Assembly: GCA_028534125.1 (NCBI GenBank)
Contig: CM052816.1
Coordinates: 86,554,001 to 86,618,000 of the forward strand
Direction of reading: 5' to 3'
Length of the DNA stretch: 64,000 bases
From: Lama glama
Lineage: Eukaryota
This document shows, in pieces, positions 27,945-38,620 of the stretch; positions within the stretch are counted from its first letter, which is position 1, and every line of letters begins with the position of its first letter. A program made the position numbers and the translations under genes. The notes under the pieces are model-generated. The model was not told the DNA's origin. It was given only the letters and a program-made list of their open reading frames with translations, and did not search any database.

Positions 27945-28015
27945 TGTGAAATCTGGAAACAAAGCAAGGACCTTTGATTTTCAGTCTAACACTCTCCCCA
28001 CTGAGCTATTTCACA
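27945..28015 (-). pseudogene. tRNA-Phe(GAA) pseudogene
   Basis: Minus strand TGTGAAA TA GCTC AGTGGGGA GAGT G TTAGA CTGAAAA TC-AA AGGTC CTTGC TTTGTTT CCAGA TTTCACA aligns end to end with mammalian tRNA-Phe (GCCGAAATAGCTCAGTTGGGAGAGCGTTAGACTGAAGATCTAAAGGTC...), ~17 differences. Anticodon GAA kept; B box/T arm destroyed. Confidence 0.9.
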
Positions 28016-28224
28016 ATAATGTGATATAATAAAATAAAAATACATACTTCCTTCCTCTCCCTGCAGCCCCCTGCCCGTTCTTCCCTGATGAGGTCATTGG
28101 CCTCAGACAGTAACTACTCCTTTTTTCTAGTTAGTGCTTGTTGGAGAGAGACCATCAAAACACCAGGTAAGGGTCAGAAGAACAAAGCTTCAGTTCCTGC
28201 CTCTGTAAAAAGAGATTGTTCCAA

Positions 28225-28350
28225 ATGAATCTATGGTGTTAGAAGTCAGAAAATTGGTTATTCTTGTGGCAGGGATGGTAAGGCCTTAATCTGGGTCTGA
28301 TTACACATTTGCGACACTTTTGTAATTATATGTCTATGTTAATAAAGAAA
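28225..28350 (+). mobile_element. L1ME 3' end fragment
   Basis: atctatggtgttagaagtcaga...aatctgggt...ttacac...aataaag. Confidence 0.5.
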
Positions 28351-28539
28351 ACCAACATCTGAAACCTAGCTTATAAATCAAGTTATGCTATGTAGGTAGA
28401 AGAAATGGTTCTCTTCATTCAGAAGGCAGAAGAGAAAGGAGATAGAAAATAAGTAAATGAATGCAAATGAAAATGTTAAATCTTTAATTAAAATTAAGAA
28501 TTAAAATGAAAAGTCAAGTGTGACACCATTATTCAGACG

Positions 28540-29100
28540 CAACCTCATTTTAGACCGTAACCCCCGGTTACCTGTGTACATACACACAGGGATACAGATA
28601 TACCAGGAAATGAGATAATACGAGGGACACAAGTTTTGATTCAGAGGAAAACTCTGGATGCAGTGGGTGCACTGGTGAACTGGGAGTGTGAGTTATAAGC
28701 TCAGTGGTGCCTCAGAACACCCGAGAACCTGTCCTGCTCCACTGGCCCTTGTGGTTCGGATCGCTGCCTTAAAACAATCCCCAGTCAGCAGAGGCAAGAG
28801 TAGAAAGCAGATTAATGGGACAGTGGAGCAAAGGAGCTGTGTCCATGGTGGAAGTCGCAAAGGGAGTGCGGATGACATTTTTTAAAGGGAAATCACAAAG
28901 AATAAAGTTGCTTTTGCTTGGGGCCACACAAAAGTGGCAGCTAATACTGCAGCGTCCGTGGCTGGTGCTAACTGCTAATGTCACAGTGCCGAGCTCCTGA
29001 ATGTTTCTTTTCAAAATGCTGGCATCTGAGTCCCTCCTTATGTTCTCCATGATACCCAGAAACAAAGATTAATTGCCATGGAAACCATGGTGAAACTATA
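28540..29100 (-). promoter_or_regulatory. CpG-retaining unique island; candidate enhancer or promoter/first exon
   Basis: About 12 CpG in ~460 bp within a CpG-depleted region; RFX X-box-like ATTGCCATGGAAAC at 29072-29085; minus-strand donor CAG|GTAACC at 28572/28571. Confidence 0.35.
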
Positions 29101-30022
29101 TATTTAGATAGATAAATATATAATCTGATAGATAAATAGACTGGTAATGGATATTTGCTTTTAGATATTTGGGAATGAGTCCAAAGGGATTGTGAACAAA
29201 GGCTTTTGTCCTGCGTTCCCCAACATTTTAATTTGAAAGAAGTTTTAGATTTCTTAGGCTCATTAGTTGTGTCTTATATGGGGGGAAAGAGGAGGAGGAA
29301 TACATTTAAGAAGCTTCTGGTTAGTAAAAGAGAGACGTTTTAGTGGGTCTGATTTGTTCACAGAATACTGAAGCACCCAGGACTTAGAGGAAACTGGATA
29401 GAACAGGACAACAGGGGCTCCTTAGAGGCTGGTCTAACTTACACATAAGGCTATACACATGCGGAAAGAACCGAAGTTATTTTGCAAGAGCAGCTAAGGT
29501 CGTGGTTGAGAAGCATGTGTGATGTGTGAGGACATGACTCAACAGCACTTACTCACACACAGGTTATGAGTTTAGAAGGTGGGCACCTGTCCGAGGGCTC
29601 AGGAGTCATCACAAAGAGTCCAGAGAAGCCATGAATAGAAATTACGGTCATGCTAGAGCTGCAATTGTTATGTATGTGTCACCGGGATGGCAGGAATTGC
29701 AATTCAAAGGAACTTTTTAGACTCTACAATGTTGCATTAAAAATTGCTTTCAAAAGTCAGATTTACATAAAAGATCAAATTACGACCTGGATCTTGATCT
29801 TCTGTAAAGAAGAGTTTCCCTTAATGTATTGAGTGAATTCCTGAAATGAAGGTAAATTTTTCCAAGCCTATTTGCACCTTGAGTAAAGCTAGTTCTGGGT
29901 GGTCACTGGAAGGACAGAAGGGAATAGGTGGGCGTGCTTCCTGGAGTGGTGGGAAAGGGAGGAAGCAAGAGTCATTTAACCTACTTTTGCTGCTGTACCC
30001 CCGCTACTCATGAGAGCATTAA

Positions 30023-30130
30023 ATAGGAGGGCCAACTCATTTAAACCAGTTATTTTGGGAGTGAAAAGAGATGCTATTAATAATTAGGTTGGACAATGGG
30101 TGTAAACTGGGATGTGCGGGCACACTATCA
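30023..30130 (-). mobile_element. MER94-like MITE
   Basis: ttttgggagtgaaaagagatgctattaataatt...gtgtaaactgggat, the same family as 150-269. Confidence 0.65.
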
Positions 30131-30272
30131 TTAAGGCGATTTTTGTGTGCATCAGCTGGAATGTTCAGGACATCGGAGAAAGTCTGTTTATTCCAGACTT
30201 CGGTGTCATCTGGACCTTTGAGCACTGTCAGAGCTGTGAGGGATAAGTGCTTCCCTGGCATGTATCACTTAC

Positions 30273-30376
30273 TGGATCGTCTTCCTGGTTACATCTCCAT
30301 AGGTCTCATTTTAAACAAGCTTGTGAATTTCTTGAGAAAAGAGCCTACGCTTAGTGCTGTTTTCTAACACAGAAAT
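30273..30376 (-). other. Candidate 104-nt non-coding exon
   Basis: Minus strand: branch-like CTGAC, then tttacctttaatatacag| acceptor; donor CCA|GTAAGT; stops in all three frames. Confidence 0.3.
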
Positions 30377-31234
30377 CTGTATATTAAAGGTAAAGTCAGA
30401 AGAAACATTAGAAAGAAGGGACACAAAGATGACTCAATTTGTAAAATCAGAGTTAAATCTCAAATTCTTCCTCTTTTACTCTTTCCAACTTGTGGTAATC
30501 AAAAGGAAATATAAGAATGAACCATCAAAACTATAGGAAAAAATACCAACTTAAATCACATAGTTTGCTAATTATTTTTTAAATCAGGGAATTGTCCATT
30601 TAAAGAATTCATTAGTCAATATTTGGGCATTGATTACAATTAAATTGTTTTAATATCACTTGTATTTTCATCAGTTCAAAGAAAAAATGAGAATTAGTAA
30701 ACTATTAAAAGAGTTAAAATATGCAAGAATGAGTTTCTCACAAATATTTCAATCACCCTTTGCAGGCATTTATTTTTTCCCAAACATAGCAAAGAAATAT
30801 ATGCCAAAGTACAGGAGAGAAATTTACCAGATGTCCAACAGCCTCAAGCCACACACACATTGGTCAAAACTTGAAAACTCACAGATGTAAGACAGTCTGT
30901 TATTCTGCTTCAAGCGCTATTTTCATTCCATAAAGCCACTGAAGTGAATGACATCAGATAAATCTATTTATATTTTAATTTTGTAATTTTGATTAAATGA
31001 AGACATTCAGTTAATAGTATGGAAGCATCATTTTACTAATTCTATTTATGACATTTTATCCATAGTCATATGAATGGAATAAAATATTTCATAGGCTAAG
31101 TAGCATATAAATGTAGATATTCTCAGCTAAATAAAGTTTATTAGTTCATTTCTTAAATCAGCTTTTTAAAAAAGAATGTGTTTTATAAAATACAACAAAA
31201 CACATTGATTAATTTTAAAGTAGAATTTATTACT

Positions 31235-32400
31235 GTTTTTAGTTAACATGTATTGAACTCTGCTGCAGGAATTGTGCCAGATACCACGCAAGGACAAGAG
31301 AATCTTGGTTCCTTCTTTCATAGAGATGACATTCTACTAAGAAAGGGGTCTTATATATTCCCTTTATTTTTTTTTCACTAAATGGACTAATAATGTATTT
31401 TGTTTGTTGTATTAATGCTTTAAAGGAAACATACAGGGCCATGATAAGCAGTAGGTGTGGGAGAGGCCAGGCTGTGTCAGACAGGCTGTTGAAGGGGAAG
31501 CCATCTCAGTGAAGAGATGCCACTTGTACCAAGATCCAAGAATGAGGTGCTTGAGTGGTGGGGGGAGGGAAGATTGCAAGCTGAGAAAACACCACGTGCA
31601 AAGGCCCCAAGGAGGGAAAGAACATCCTGTGTATGAAGAACTGAAAATAATCTTATGTGGTTGTAACAGAGTAATAAGGAGAGATTGGAGAGAGTCAAAG
31701 GGCCATGACAGAGGTTAGAGTTTCCTCTAGGAGCAATCAGAAACCATTAAAATGGTTTAAGAAGCAAAGCATGTGATTAAATATGCTTTTTTAGGAGAAT
31801 AGTCAAAGGAGGGGTAAATGACTGAGAAGCAAACCAGTTAATCTGTTTAGGAGACAATTAAACTAATAGAGATGAGAGGTCATTGCAGCTAAGACTGAGA
31901 TGTTGCCAATGAAGATTAAAAAGGAGAAAAAATTACGTTGCTGCACTCAGAAGATGAAATTGATAAAGGTTGTTGAATGACAGGATGTAAAGATGTTATG
32001 AAGGAAATGGGAAGTTACAACTGATTTCCAGGTTTCAAGTTTGAAAACTAATTAGACTGGTGTTCTTTACTGAGATAGGGAGGGTTAAATTAAAGGAGGG
32101 ATAGTAGGTTTGGGTGAAGGGAAAGTTGGAGTGGGGAAATAAAAGATGCTTTTTGCACAAGTTAATTCTGAGAAATGCATGAGGTACCTATATGGAAGCA
32201 TCAGTTTGAAGTTGGGTGTGTGTCCTGTGCTTAGAGCAGCATTCTTTTATGGATCTATACTTTTAGAAGTATTGTGCTAAGACAACATTTAAATCCGTAG
32301 GAACTGATGTATCACTCAGGAAAAAATCTAAAGAGAAGAAGACCAAAAAATTAGCTGTTCAATGCAAAATATTTGTAGGTTGGATACAGAAGGAAGACCA
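31235..32400 (-). mobile_element. L2 LINE remnant
   Basis: Typical antisense L2 phrases: acatgtattgaac, cacgtgcaaaggcccca, gtgtatgaagaactg, gatttccaggtttcaagtttg, tttactgagataggg. Confidence 0.75.
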
Positions 32401-32812
32401 AGCATTTGAATTAAATCAGATCGAACTTGCTCAGCTAACATAAAAAATGCAAAGAGAAGAAGAGAAAAGAAACATTTATCAAACATTTGACATGAAGCGT
32501 GTTTGATAAATATTATCTCATTTAATTCTTCTAAAGTCCAAATCATGTATTGTTGTACTTAACAGATTATATCATACCATAATCGCACAACTAATCAATG
32601 ACACAGTTGAAACAAGTATGATGGCTCATTTCTATCTTTAATGTCTGTGGTAGTGTCCTTAATCTAGCTACTCAGTAGCCTCCGAAGCAAAAATGGAAAT
32701 ACACCCATGCCCTCAGCTCCTAACAGTTTCCTTTCATTTATCACCATGTAACTGAATTTTCCTATAAGATTATCTTACATCTATATTTTTCTAAAAAGGA
32801 GATAAGAACTTT

Positions 32813-33021
32813 TGATTTGCAGATACTAACTACTATACATACAATACATAAACAGCAAGTTTCTTCTGTATAGCAGAGGAAACTATATTCACTATCTTCT
32901 AGTAATCAATAATGAAAAAGAATATGAAAGCGAACATATGTACGTATATGTATGACTGAAGCATTATGCTGTACACCAGAAATTGACACAACATTGTAAA
33001 CTGACTAAACCACAATAAAAA
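32813..33021 (+). mobile_element. 5'-truncated artiodactyl/camelid L1 3' end with TSD
   Basis: cagatactaactactata...atgactgaagcattatgctgtacaccagaaattgacacaacattgtaaactgact, then AATAAA/A tail; TSD AAGAACTTT at 32804-32812 and 33022-33030. Confidence 0.9.
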
Positions 33022-34696
33022 AAGAACTTTCAAGATATTTACATGATTTATTCACTATTTAATATGATGTGATAATGGAAATAATTGTATTTAAAACAAT
33101 AGTTTCTCCCAGTTTGAAGGAATTAAATGGTTACTCAGTGTCAGATATCTTCCCTTTAAGAAACTTATTTCAAATAGTTATTTGGAAAGAGACAATTAAT
33201 GGGTTTACTTTTGAATTGCTCTTGTGAGGCTATTACAATTTTAATGGATTCTGACCTCTGTTCTGAAATGAGGCAGAGCCGAAAGATAAACCATTTGAGG
33301 TATATGAAATTGACTTGTGACATTTTAGATGGCAAGATACTTCTAAGTCCTGTTTCATTCATGTTTATGATCTCTGAATCTGTCTGAAGTTCTGCTTTTA
33401 TTTTTGACAAACCTACCAATTTACATTGACAAAGACAAAGTAATTGCATAATTTAGGTTGTTGTGGTTATTGGATTAGTTCCTCCTCTATATGAAAGCAT
33501 GACTCGAAGAACTCTGTGATGGCAAAAACGTAGCAGAGGAAGACGACCAGTTATTCTGTCACTTCATAATGGCAGCTTTTTATCCTCTGACCCAAGGTCA
33601 ATTGCATTGTCTTTGGTGAAAGATAGAGAACTATCGCTAAGAAAGATTTTACTGGGCAGCAATTCTGAATCTATTTCCTCTGATGAAATGTCAATAGCTT
33701 TCTAGGACAAAATGTAGTTTTTCTAGAAACAAAGGTGAAATTGGTTTGAAAATGTACTCCACAAATCAATTTCCTTCAATATAAAACATTTGAGAAAGAA
33801 AAATTAACAAGTAATCCAATATGCTGTTATGCTTCCATCTTTTTATTTTAATTCATCAAACATATTACATTTTCTCCAAAAACCAATTTAGGGAAGCATT
33901 GATGTTCTTCTAATGGTTTTAGAGTCATAAAACTTGTAGTAAAAAGTCAGCTGCTATGAACCTGGAAATCCTTGAAAACTAACAGGAGATAAAATCCTCT
34001 GAAAGGACAGACCCATAGGACAACACATATTATGTGGCATTTTAGAAAGGAAACCAAAATAGTAATAAAACTTGTTGATATACATATTTAAAATAATACA
34101 TCTCTAGAGATGATATTTTAGAATTATGGTAACAAGCCTATTTATCATTTACAAGAATATCAAATTCCACCTTACAAAATTCTTGTTATCAAATTTTACA
34201 TAAGTTTATTTTGTTCAATTTTTTTCAAAATGCAATTCTTTTTTATTAAAACAGTAAAAATATAATCTAACCCAAACAAAAGATATAAATCTTAATTTTC
34301 CTTATAAAAATGCTAAACTCCTTACATTTTTTCATAGGTAGCATTAGTAACTAGCTGATTCCTTGAAAACTGTTTGCAGTGTGGATAGTCACATCTTCTA
34401 AAGAATTCTGGGGTAAAATAGTAAGTTCTTAAATGCATAGTTTTACTTATATGCATATGTGGAAAGGGACTTCAAATGGAAATATAGTAAGAAACCAATA
34501 GAAGGGAGGCAAACAAAGGAAAGGCAGAAAAAAGAAAAGCCACAAATATGGTCAGATTATTTCTGTGCCACAGGGTGAGTTGAGGCATCAGGTGATCTTG
34601 GTTTCTTGATCAGCACAGAGGTAAGGCTCTTCTCGAGGGGGCAAGTAACTGAATAGTGAGCCACCCTCCTTCTACATGACTCACAGCACCACCAAG

Positions 34697-35400
34697 ATGA
34701 TCCTCCTGAAACAGCAAGAGGTTTCTGGAGGATCATTTCAACTTCTGACTGCTAGTTAGGGCAATTCTGGACTTCCTGGCCTCTGGCACCCCAAATGTCA
34801 GAAAACCCTTGAAGGTCCAAGTACTTTATACACTGCCCTGTATGAAGCTGTCCTGTGGAAATATTCAGATGTGGTAGAGGTCCTGGTACACCATGGCCTG
34901 GCGTGAGCTAAAGGACTGGATCCATGTGAGCAACCCCTCAAACTGGGGCAGGAAGAGCCTGAGTGTCTGTTCCACTTGCAGAGCCAGTTGCATTTCCAGT
35001 CATGTCAACACAGACACAGAGCACATGGAGGATGCTTTGCTCAATACTTCTGCTAGAAGAGAAGAAATTGGATCCATATACAAAAGACATCCAACCTTTT
35101 CTGGAAGGAAGAACAATCATCAGGGCCACCACCAGAGGGGTGACAATGTTACCACGTGCTTACTCAAAGTGGGAGGGACTAATAAGGATGGAGCCACTGT
35201 TTCTGCTTCCGTATAACTAACTCAGCTACTTACTTCAGGCTACAGACTCCAGTGAATGCCCAGCTCAATAGTCCTTTATTTACACCTGACTCAAGAAAGC
35301 CTTTAATTTTCCTATTCTGCCCTTTCACCAGTCAGCTGTGTTCATGGCGCAACACACTGATAAGGCTTCATATTATCTTTGAGCGGCTCTGTTCGCCAAC
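34697..35400 (+). pseudogene. Decayed ankyrin-repeat gene relic, ANKRD61-like
   Basis: Frame from 34796: CQKTLEGPSTLYTALYEAVLWKYSDVVEVLVHHG (ankyrin repeat); other frames give LLLEEKKLDPYTKD..EGRTIIRATTRG, NVTTCLLKVGGTNKDGAT and WRNTLIRLHIIFERLC; multiple stops and frameshifts. Confidence 0.6.
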
Positions 35401-36179
35401 CTCTGTTCATAGAATGAGGACCACACAGATCTCTTGCAAAAGCCAAAACCATCATGATCCTCATGTAGCTGACTGCAATGAACTCCAACCATATGAAAAT
35501 GGCCATGTCCATCTTGTAGTAATAACAGGGTCTCGTATTTCTACACTAGGCAGCTGAAGAGCTATGCTCCATCTCACCTATGTAGTGCTTCCATATTCCT
35601 CTAGTCCTGTCTATGGAGTAACAGTCAAGATTACAGATAGCTCTGCTGGAAAAGCAGAAGTGGTATGGTTCACCCTCAGGAAGATCTCTGGCACCACCAA
35701 AGATGATATCTAAGACTGACAAGTCAGAGAATAGCAATCTAATTCTCAAACCTGTAGTTGGAGAATAGCCCAGTAAAATCTTTCTTAGCGAAAGTTCTCT
35801 ATCTTTCACCAAAGACAACGCAATTGACCTTGGGTCGGAGGATGAAAAGCTGCCACAACATGTAATGACTGTTTCTGTTACCCTGAGTAGAAATGTTCAC
35901 CACTATATTTAACCAAACAAGGTGGGCTGAGGAAGAGATATGTTCCTTAGTGAGTAAAGAGGAAAATGGGAAGAACTCAGCAACTATAATCATTCTCATG
36001 GCAAAATGTGTTTTTTGTCTTTCAGAGGACAACTTGTCTTCCCTCTGGCAGTACTCACATGTCTCAATTCATCTGGTATCCTTCTGTTTCCTTGAACAGA
36101 AAATAGTGATGTGAAAATGTGTACCTATCTAATGTGATGGCAAACTCATTTCCAGAAGTAGGAAAACATTGTATCTAGC

Positions 36180-36490
36180 TATTCTTGACTGGTCTAGAGG
36201 TCTTTGTTCCAAAGGGAAGAACATTCCACCAGGGAACAGAAAAATGATTCCTTTGAACTACAAGTTGAAATTGCCATCTAGCCTCTTAGGGATTCTCATG
36301 TCATTGAATTAATAGGCAAAGAGGGTTACTGTACTTACAGGGGAGATGGATTCTAGCTACCAAGGAGAATTGGTTTGCTACTACACAATGAAAGTAAGAA
36401 GTACTATGTCTGAAAAGTAGATCCTCTAAGGTGCTGCTTATATAATAAAATTATCCTGAAATTAAAAGTTTATGTAAAAATTTCAACTTG
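36180..36490 (+). mobile_element. ERVL internal fragment, dUTPase region
   Basis: Translates with frameshifts to GLEVFVPKG..PPGNRKMIPLNYKLKLP...VTVLTGEMDSSYQGE, matching ERVL dUTPase (GVIDxDYQGE motif). Confidence 0.85.
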
Positions 36491-38374
36491 GTGACATCAT
36501 AGGCCAGTGCTTTGCTAATACTTGGTTAATGTTATAAAAATAAATGTTCATTCCCACAGCCCAAAAGGACTTACGTTTCAAAAATGTTAATACTGTATTT
36601 ACTATCTGGCAATGATGATTCAAATTTGTCACATGGATGTTTCAAGACATCTGGGATTTTAATAATTTATTTGAGACTATATCTGATGAAGACATTCTAG
36701 ATAATAACTTAAATTTATCATTGGTAATATTGTGATGGTGGGATAACACAACCTTCTTGATGTCTGGACAGCAAAATGAGGACAGCACAACTTATTTCAT
36801 ATCATACAAAGAAAGAATCCTGAAAGAATTGATAAAACACTCTACTTCAATGTCTCTACTCCATTATATAGGGTATTAAAGGCTACACTTCTGTGATTTA
36901 TAAAATAATGAGACAAAAATTGGCTGAAAAAGACCAGAGGATGTTGGTTATAGTTTCATATACATCAGAAAATAAAGTAAAAGAGGCAGAGACAAGCTAC
37001 TCCTTTTCATACTCAAGGACATAATCACCAAAGTAGTTTTTACTTTCATCATAGTGAAATGTCTATACGTGGGTTGATGAATAATGATGACAAGCATTCC
37101 ATCCATTCCTAGGACCCTGCTAACTTAGTTCATTAAATGTATTCAGTTAATGAAACAGAGGTCACAAGATCAATTCCCCTGTGGTCTTTACATTTTCCTA
37201 ACTGCCATCACACAAAATCACTTAGGGAGTTCAGACTGGAAATATATAGGCATTCAGTCTAGTTAGGCATCTTAATTAGGTCAATCCCCTGCCATTAGAA
37301 AGAAGCATCTCTTTGAAAGCATCTTGCACAAAAGCTTTTTAAAAACAATTTGTTTCATTATATACAATTTAAACAACTACTTTCTCTTAATTTATATTTT
37401 AATATGCTAATCTGAATACCAAATCATTCCATTAAAAGGAATTCTAGGGTCACATAAAGTTGTAATTGAAGCAACAAATTTGTCCTATTTTATTTTTTGC
37501 CTTTTAGTCAATTTTTTATTTGACCTTCTGATGGTGAATTAAGGTAGTCAAAATGATATTTAGGAACTAATTTATGTATATTTTTTTTCAATTATTGATA
37601 TTTCTACTTGTGCTGATACAAAGTGGTTAAGCATTGATAGCTGCTTAGGGGCTACAGATGATGATAGTTGCATGAGAGATATATAGATATACATGTAGAT
37701 AACAACGTAGTAGAAGTATGTTCTCAAAATCATGGATTTTGGTTGATGAGGAACTACTTCTTGGAACGGATACGTGGGTTATTACTCACAACCCTAAAGT
37801 CCAATCCAAGGTCATCTTAGAGAAAAATTTTCCACTTAAAAATTACAATTATGTTGATAATTACAAATATGTATTAAGTTAATTTCATGAAAATAATTCC
37901 ATAAGCATTTTTCATCTGAAAAATAATTTAAGCTGAATGTGCAAATTAAAATCATATTTGTATCTAGATTAGAATGTATAATGTAAGCTATAATTATACA
38001 ATTTATGATTTCAACATTTATAATATACATTATTGTTCCCTCAATAAGGACATAAGAAAAACTAGAGAAAATACTTATAGATTATATTTTTCATCAACTA
38101 GTTTGTGAACTATTAAAGCAAAATCATTTATAGATTATTTCATCTTTGTTTTACACACACAATAAACACACATACTTGTGTATTTATGTCCCACTAAATT
38201 TTAGTAATGAAAATTCAAACCTAAAATATCTAAAATTTTGATATACATAGTGTGTTAACTTATAATTGAAACATAGGTAGGTGATTTAACATTTTTCATA
38301 CTACGTAGCAGTGCATAAGGAGAAGCAGTATAGAGCAGGGATTAAATATCATATAGTAAAATATAATGAAGGGC

Positions 38375-38620
38375 AGAATCAGCAGAGTTTAAGATCATGG
38401 TTACTGGAGTTAGAATGCCTGGGTTTGCGTGCTGTCCTATCACTTACCAGTCATGAGACCTTAGTTTGCCTTGTTTCTAGTACTTTACCACCCAGATATC
38501 ACTGAGACTAGCACCTACCTCTAAGTTCAGCTGTGATGTTTCAATGAGTTAATATGAGGGAAGCGTCTAGGGCAGTGTTTGTCACATGGCAGCACTGTAT
38601 ATTCTGTTTGTGTATTTGCT
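38375..38620 (+). mobile_element. MIR SINE
   Basis: ctggagttagaatgcctgggttt...cacttaccagtcatgagacctt...agcacctacctc...aatgagttaata. Confidence 0.75.

Noticed and set aside
28942..28949. TAATACTG, identical to the miR-200b/429 5' end
   Set aside because: The rest of the mature sequence does not match and no convincing precursor hairpin is present
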